In this document: piece by piece, positions 56,406 through 64,000 of the stretch
Position numbering within the stretch: the first letter of the stretch is position 1
Layout: every line of letters starts with the position of its first letter
NCBI GenBank assembly: GCA_951406725.2
Contig: OX597817.1
Location: 119,288,001-119,352,000 of the forward strand
Source: Octopus vulgaris
Lineage: Eukaryota
DNA: 64,000 bases
Reading direction: 5' to 3'
Notes under the pieces: model-generated
What the model saw: the letters and a program-made list of their open reading frames with translations, nothing else
Databases searched by the model: none
Told to the model about the DNA's origin: nothing
Translations under genes and position numbers: made by a program

Positions 56406-56668
56406 ATATATATATATATATAATAAAATACTGTGAATCAAGATATACTGAGCAAATATGAGGTTCTGGCGGAAACGGAGGCCTTAGCACAACACTTTGT
56501 AATGACAAGCATTTAAATTTGATTCTCTCAGCTATATTTGATACCAACTATGAAAGAAGTGAGTGGGTCAATGTTGTAGATAAAATACGAAAAAGAGAGA
56601 GAAATATTGCAAAATATAAAGGAATTTCTAAAAGGATTAAGACAAAATATCAAAAGAAAAGCGCTTAC

Positions 56669-56882
56669 CTTTTATCAACATGGTGAAGCTGAATGTTTTC
56701 AAATTCTACCTTAACTTTCTCTCCTGGTAATCCTTCAAAAATAAACTGACAACTGGCTCCTGGTGGATAATTCTGGGGGTATCTAGGAGAGAATAATCCC
56801 CCAGTTTTCGTAGAATTTGTACTGATATAAGAGTATGTACAAGGAGTGCCTGGATCCCGGACACCATTCGTTACAAATTTGC
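56669..56882 (-). CDS. Internal coding exon encoding the N-terminal half of a CUB domain (SOL-1/suppressor-of-lurcher-like or other tolloid/cubilin-type multi-CUB extracellular protein)
   Basis: Minus strand reads tttcag|GC AAA TTT GTA...GAT AAA AG|gtaagc. It is 214 nt (2 + 70 codons + 2) with no stops. Translation: KFVTNGVRDPGTPCTYSYISTNSTKTGGLFSPRYPQNYPPGASCQFIFEGLPGEKVKVEFENIQLHHVDK. This has the CUB signature C-x(n)-G-x-F-S-P-x-Y-P-x-N-Y-P-x(4)-C-x-F-x-F-x-G-x(3)-E-x-V-x-V-x-F and an NST sequon. The CUB call is firm; the SOL-1 assignment is inference. Confidence 0.92.
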
Positions 56883-58353
56883 CTGAAAGTGAACAAATTT
56901 AATCATATAAACTTAATGTAAATTACACTTGATATTACAGTCAAACATTTATTATCATTATCTATATAAAGTGACATTAATACAAATGGGCTTTATATCA
57001 AATACGGTACTGATTTTTCTCCTGGCTTTATCTGTGAAACCAGATATAAATCATGATTATCTCATTAAGGCACATATAGTTTCTCTTACCCAGCAATTTG
57101 ACCTTGTTAGCTTCATATATGAAAACATTTGAAAATTGAAGTATTTTCAAGGGTTATTCAATGAAAAGAACTGTTACATTCATCTCAGTTGAAATTTCAA
57201 GTTAACAATTAGCTATAAAGAAAGTAAATAAAAGACTTACTACAAAATATATTTATAGGTTTCAGCCAACACACTAGGTATGTAGACAGAAAGAGATACA
57301 CTTTGTCTTTAAAATATCATCATGAAGAGTTTTATCCTTGTGTTGAGATTTCATCTTGAACTGTTATTAAATGTTTAAGTAAATCGCAGTGACTGATTTG
57401 CATGAATAACACATTCCTTAGCAGCTACTTTGGTTAATAACCTACAAGTGCATTCACTCTGTTTTATATCACGGCATTATTGCAAAGCCAACATTGTGTA
57501 TATATATATATATATATATAAATGTGAACACAACTTCTCTCTCTCTTTATGTGTGCATGTGCATGCACATATGTGTATATATATATATATATATATATTT
57601 ATAGAATAGTGGGTTAACAAAAAGTTAAAGTTATAGTCAGCTGCTGTTAAAATTCCAATTAAGGACTGAAACTATTCGGGACACAAGATATGTCTACTTT
57701 TATCTACAGGTGGCATGTTAGTTAAAACCTATACATGTATTCTGCAGAATAGCATAGCAGTGAAACAAAGACAGTGAATGCAGTAGTAATTTATAACCAA
57801 AATAGCTTCTCAAGATATGATACATATCCAAATTGGTCTATTCAATTTACAGAAACTCTCTAACTCTCCACTGCATATAAAGCTTTGTTGTGACTTTATA
57901 AGCAGTTAAAGATGGTACTTGGTCACTGATGAAATCCAATCAGAAAAAAGAAACTAATCTACCTAATGTTCTTTTTTCTGACCATGCAGATATTGCATAT
58001 AATGGCATGCTGTGTTTACTATTCCCATACACATAGTATTGGTTAAAACAATTATGTATAGTTTCTAGTATGATATAATCTTACATATTTCTCAATGGAA
58101 GACTGCTTTTATTTTTGAAAGATGTAAAATGCCTTGACCTTCATAAGTGCAAAAAGAAATACTGCAGTAAAATCTTCAGTTTAAACATTATTAGAACAAA
58201 ATATCTTGTTATTTATTCACAAAGGACATTATGAAGAAACACTATGCATATGAGTGTGTGTGCACCCAAACACACACACATGCACAGATGTATACATATA
58301 TATACATATAAACATACATATACAGTGATATACACACACATGCACATATATAT

Positions 58354-58407
<54 letters not shown>

Positions 58408-58651
58408 ACAAATATGAGGATAAACAAGTTAGGCAAGTTGAGATACAAAATATATTAAATAATATTCTTAATAATTTTTGCATATCAACTTGCATAACTT
58501 ACTTATCCTTACACTTATTCCTCTACTTGATCAAATTCAAATCTCTTGAGCGCTATGAAGTGTTTTCTATACAAAGAATATATGTCTCTCATCTATTAAC
58601 AATATATATATATATGTGTATCGTATATATATATATATATATTGTTAATAG

Positions 58652-58683
<32 letters not shown>

Positions 58684-59163
58684 GTATACACACACACACA
58701 CATATATGTGTGTGTGTGTGCATGTGTATAGATAGATAGATAGATAGATAAAGGATAGACAAAGAAACAGGCAGACAGACATATATATAATTGAGGAATT
58801 AAGAAGTTTGGATGTAAGCATGGTTGAGTGGTTAAAATGTTTGCTTCACAACCATGAGGTTGTACCTTCATCCAAAGTTCCAGTCAGGTCATATTCATGT
58901 CACACTAATTCAGCCAGAGAAATATGTTAGCATTACACTTGTCGGTGGAATACTCGGTCATTTTGCATAGTAATTCAATGTTTAGGTTGTCCAGTTGATG
59001 GAAGAACCTGGACACTTGTAGGACAAAATCAACAGGAAGATCCATTATCACACATACACACACACATGCAACATATATATATATAGTATGTGTACACATA
59101 TATACTAACTTATTTAATTGTCCATTTTCCCTATAACCTTTGTGCATGTGTGTATGTGTGTGC

Positions 59164-59459
<296 letters not shown>

Positions 59460-60368
59460 GTATACACAGATACAATCCATAGCTGTGTAACCACTCAGCA
59501 TTATCATGTCCAAGCAATAAGCAAGCTTATATGTCCGTGAAACTTTTATCATGCAGCTCTGTCATACTGCTGATCCAAATCTGTGTATGTGTATGTATGA
59601 GAGAGAGAGGGAAAGCGGAAAGAGAGAGAGAGAGGGAAAAGGGAAGAGAGAGAGAGTATATAAATAAGAGTAACCATTATAACTTCATAGTAATAAAAAA
59701 TATCCTGTTATGCAATCTACATGACGAAATGTAGAAAAGGCAAGATAAAATTCCTGAAATTATATGAAGCTTGCTCTGAAAACATTTTTTATCTATTGTC
59801 ATGCTTAGCTCTTTTGTTTTATAGGATTTCAAAAGAAAGTATCTTCTACAAAGCCTATATCCCAAGTAGCTTATGACACTTCCTGCTATCTAGAATAACA
59901 TGTGTAATTTCTAAATTAAGATAGATGAGGATGAGTAAAGACTTGTAAAATGTTTACATTACACATAAAAATTGCTTTAGGAGATGTAACGGATAAGAAT
60001 ACATGAGAGACAAAATTTAGGAGAAAGCACAGGATAAAGTGAGGGTTTTAAATTATCTTGAAGCTTGTGAGATTGTGTTTGATTAGCTGAATATATGTAC
60101 ATGTCAGTGTGTATATATATATATATACATGTGTGTATATATATTTATGTAGGTATATATATATATATAGATATATGTATATATATATAACATGCAATTC
60201 CAGCAACACTTCTCAACAACAATTGCTTTGAAGCTACATTTTATAAAAGTCCTTTTTATTACTGCTAGTCATTAACATCACCATTGAGTAGAATACTTGA
60301 TATAAGACAGAAATTTTAATTCAACAGCATCAACTGAGTTGTGCTATTAGACTACCATGTTAGAAGAA

Positions 60369-60418
<50 letters not shown>

Positions 60419-60779
60419 TGTGGCTGATGCCAGCGCCACCTCGACTGGCTTCCGTGCCGGTGGCACGTAAAAAGCACCATCCGAATTGTGGCTGAAGCCA
60501 GTGCCGCCTCGACTGGCTTCTGTGCCGGTGGCACGTAAAATGCACCAATCCGACCATGGCCATTGCCAGCCTCGCCTGGCACCTGTGCGGGTGGCACGTA
60601 AAAAGCACCCACTACACTCACGGAGTGGTTGGCGTTAAGAAGGGCATCAAGCTGTAGAAACATTGCCAGATAAGACTGGAGCCTGGTGCAGCCTTCTGGC
60701 TTCCCAGACCCCGGTCGAACCGTCCAACCCATGCTAGCATGGAGAACGGACGCTAAACGATGATGATGATGATGATGAT
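60419..60779 (+). mobile_element. Family B (RTE-like 3' end), well preserved, three tandem units
   Basis: The body is nearly identical to 26711-26955. Ends ccatgctagcatggagaacggacgctaaacg(atg)n. Confidence 0.85.
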
Positions 60780-61571
60780 ATATATACACATATATATATA
60801 TATGTGTGTGTGTTTTAAATGAAAGACAGAAGATGGAATATATGAGAATTTATTATTAATCATGACAATCTAGCATTGATCCCTCATGGGTGGGTCACTC
60901 GACAACTGGTTCAGAAGCATCCGGTGGGGCAAATGTGTCTCAACGAATGATAAATAGACAGAACTCATTAAAAAAAAAAAGTTCCACAATATATCTTCTC
61001 ATTTTATAGAAAGAAAAGCAACATAATGAAAGGAATGTCTTCATTCACATAAAAGATCAAAAATAAAACTAACACACAATACTGCTAGAAAAGTATTAAA
61101 AATAACCGTTTACAAAATATGGGTGTATAACTGCATTCACACTTGCTCATTCAAGCATCTGTGAAAATGTAAGCATACTCGCATGTGCAGTTTGTTGCAC
61201 TCACAACCACAAAGCAAGTTAAATATCTACTCAGTGTTTATAAGAACAGGGAGGTTAAGAGTAAACTTAATTCATCCACACCTTAAACTAAATTATGTTA
61301 ACAGTTACTCAAATCCATTCCTACTTCATTGTGCAAAAGTTCATTTATATGCATGTAGGCATCTTGAGAGTCTTACAGAAATTCTATTAATGAGCTTCTC
61401 ATTAATCCACAAAATAGACAGGGATTCCTCAGAGCAGAGAATGCATCTGGAAATTATATGTATGGTTTTGCATGCCTTACTATGGACCCAGTTATGCTGT
61501 AATTAATTTTATCCTCCTTTAGTCACCATACAATATCAGCCAAAGATGTTGAATTTCTCTTATTGTGTGTG

Positions 61572-61620
<49 letters not shown>

Positions 61621-61849
61621 ACATATATATATGTATATATATATATATATATATCCCAATGTGGTGGCCTAATAGCATGATTTAGTCAATGTTGCTGACT
61701 GTGTTTTAATTAAAGCTATGGCTTTAAATATGGCCAGAGTTACTTCTCTATAGCACTTCCTATTGCTAAGAGCTGCAGAGCTAAGAACGGTGTGTCTGGG
61801 AATCCAACAGAGAACAACACTTAGCAGATATGGTGTTTTTAGACTCTCA

Positions 61850-62075
61850 CTGATTGGGAGTGACACTTCTTCACACAGCTCTCCTCGTCCATCCACAGTA
61901 CATGACCATACCAACGCAAATGTCTCTGTAGCATGCCACATCCAATGCTTCTTATGTCCCAACATTTCTCTCAAGGTGCTTACACTCTGTCGTGTGAGCA
62001 CACTGACATTATGCATCCAGCAGATCATGCTAACTTCATTTCTTTCGAGCCTAAACATAAATTTCTTAAAAGTCT
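61850..62075 (-). mobile_element. RTE LINE ORF fragment (post-RT region)
   Basis: RLERNEVSMICWMHNVSV...STLREMLG, then after a frameshift HLRWYGHVLWMDEESCVKKCHS (RTE RLRWxGHVxRM motif). Confidence 0.75.
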
Positions 62076-62257
62076 TTATCATTACTGTTATGATCATTGT
62101 TATCACTATCGAATGGTATGCTTGACATAGGGAAGAGATTTAAATTTTTAAAAATGATATTGATATTGTTATCCTCTTCCTTTTATAACAAAATAACTGA
62201 AGGCATTTTAAATATAGTAAGAATATAAACTGCTTCAGCCACTGCTGACATTTTCCA

Positions 62258-62362
62258 AGGCATTGTAGAGTAGGTGAGCAAGGCCAGATCTTGCTGGTTT
62301 GAACATAAAATAGACAGAATATTTGAGCTGGATATGACTGGTTTAAATGCTAAAAGGTTAAA
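62258..62362 (-). mobile_element. End of a probable TTAA-targeting (piggyBac-like) non-autonomous element
   Basis: Minus strand begins ttaaccttttagcatttaaaccagtcatatccagc (TTAA followed by CC). No partner end was found. Confidence 0.35.
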
Positions 62363-63134
62363 CATGGCATTAACAGCATAAATTTCACTAATCCTGGAGG
62401 GCCTGCAAGAGTCATAAGTTCTACCTCTATCTCTAAAATAAGAAATAAAATGAAAAAAAAAAAGAAATACAGCTAAGTTTATACAGTAAAGTGTTCATTA
62501 CCACTATCCAACAGTGTACCACTCAGCAAAAATTATACAGTAATATTGTGTGAATGATAAATTCCAACAACTGTATAAATTCATATTAAAAAAAGTAATA
62601 ATTTCCTTTTAATATAAAATCATGAAATTTACTTAATTCAACATGTATGACTAAAATTTTCGTCTGTCGATAGACCACAATTGTTCTCTTTAAAATAAAT
62701 GAGTTCCTAAACGAAAGACTGAACAATAAAGACAGCCTCATTAAGGTTCCAAATAGAGTTTATCTCTCTTAAATTCAAATTAAGTGGGGAAAAATGCAGT
62801 ATAAAACCAAGGAAACAGACCATGTGTTACAAGAGAATAACAAGAGGGCCTGATGTAATTAGGATTCCTGGTAGATTTCCAAATAACTTATCAACAAAAT
62901 GGAAACTCAAACAGACTGAAAGCAGAAAGAAATAGAAAAAGTTAATATTGCCTTAAATTTGGTCAACATCCAATATCAAAACAGTCTATTTTGATGCAGT
63001 CTTTTTCTATCGTATATATACTTAAGAGAAAAACCTTATTAAAGGAAACAATTAGATACAAATTGTTATAAATGCTATAGCAAGCAAACTCTTACCAAAT
63101 TTTATATATTTCCATATTTCCAATATTTTAAAGC

Positions 63135-63165
<31 letters not shown>

Positions 63166-63169
63166 GGAA

Positions 63170-64000
63170 GAATCAATAAAGTGACAGACAAAATGCCTTG
63201 AGGTATTTATTTAGTTCCACTTCTCTACATTCTGAGCTCAAGTTCCACTGAAGTCAATACTTTTCTTTTTTTGCATTTTATTCTTCTTAGAGATGAAATA
63301 AAAACACCAGCTAAGTACTGGGGTTGTCCCTTCCGACAACTTTATTTTCCATGTGACTACGTTTGAAATACTTATTATTATTATCATAAGGCAGCAAGCT
63401 GGCAGAATCGTTAGCACACTGAGCAAAATGCCTAGAGATATTTTGCCTGCCACTGCATTCTGAGTTCAAATTCTGCCGAGGTCAACTTTGCCTTTCATCC
63501 TTTCGAGGCCAATAAATTAAGTACCAGTTGAGTACTGGGGTCGATATATTCAACTACTCCCTTGTGCCTATAATAGAAAGGATCATTACTATCATTATGA
63601 TTATTATTATTACTATTATTATTACTATCATCAATTTTATTAAGGCAATGGGCTGGCAAAATCATTACTACATCGCACAAAATGCTTAGCAGTATTTTCC
63701 AGCATTTTATATCCTAAGTTCAAATGCTCCCAAGGTTTAGCTTTGTTATTCATCCTTTCAGAATAAGGTAAGTACCAATTGAACATGGAGTAAATGTAAT
63801 TGACTGTTCACTGCCATTAAAAATGTCGGCTTTGTGCCAAAAATTTAAAACCATTTTTGTTGCTGTTGCTGTCGTTGTTGTTGCAGTTTCTAAGTTGGGC
63901 ACAGTGACAGCAATCTAGAAGGGAGGAAGCAAGTCAATTGCATTGAACCATTATTTGACTGGTACTTTATTTTATTGACCTCCAAAATGATGAGGGACAA
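63170..64000. mobile_element. Cluster of family C SINEs: + copies at about 63170-63370, 63388-63582 and 63642-63855; a - copy from about 63890 to the window end
   Basis: aaggcagcaagctggcagaatcgttagcac...gaggtcaactttgcctttcatcctttcgagg...aagtaccagttgagtactggggtcgat. (ATT)n spacers. Confidence 0.8.

Noticed and set aside
60419-60610. Regularly spaced repeats that superficially resemble a CRISPR array
   Set aside because: The intervening sequences are homologous to each other, the array is part of a dispersed eukaryotic retroelement, and there are no cas genes.
62827-62915. Strong minus-strand acceptor followed by CLSFHFVDKLFGNLPGILITSGPLVILL*, faintly like the CUB FCG..P..I.S.G segment
   Set aside because: It lacks the conserved Cys and the DG motif, ends in a stop, and has no good donor. 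Probably chance.

Overview
AT-rich, microsatellite-dense eukaryotic DNA. The SINE/LINE repertoire points to an octopus (coleoid cephalopod) genome; this is an inference from repeat types. I can support only one host protein-coding exon: a 214-bp minus-strand exon (56669-56882), absent from the ORF track, that encodes the N-terminal half of a CUB domain (SOL-1/tolloid/cubilin-type). The rest is probably intron or flank of that gene. It holds tRNA/CORE-type SINEs, Meta-domain-like SINEs, RTE 3' ends, decayed R4/Dong-like and CR1-like LINE pieces, MITE relics and simple repeats. Nearly all listed ORFs are microsatellite or repeat read-through. The most interesting signals are RNA structures inside repeats. 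(1) Penelope-like terminal-repeat fragments, mostly inside (TA)n, carry minimal hammerhead-ribozyme folds with non-canonical cores: a G3:C8-swapped GUGANCA core at 3403-3453 and 11973-12023, and a CCGANGA core at 52101-52136. (2) The RTE-like 3' UTR carries a tandemly repeated H-type pseudoknot whose single loop base takes all four values across copies. Repeat boundaries were read by eye and are approximate; no searches were run.
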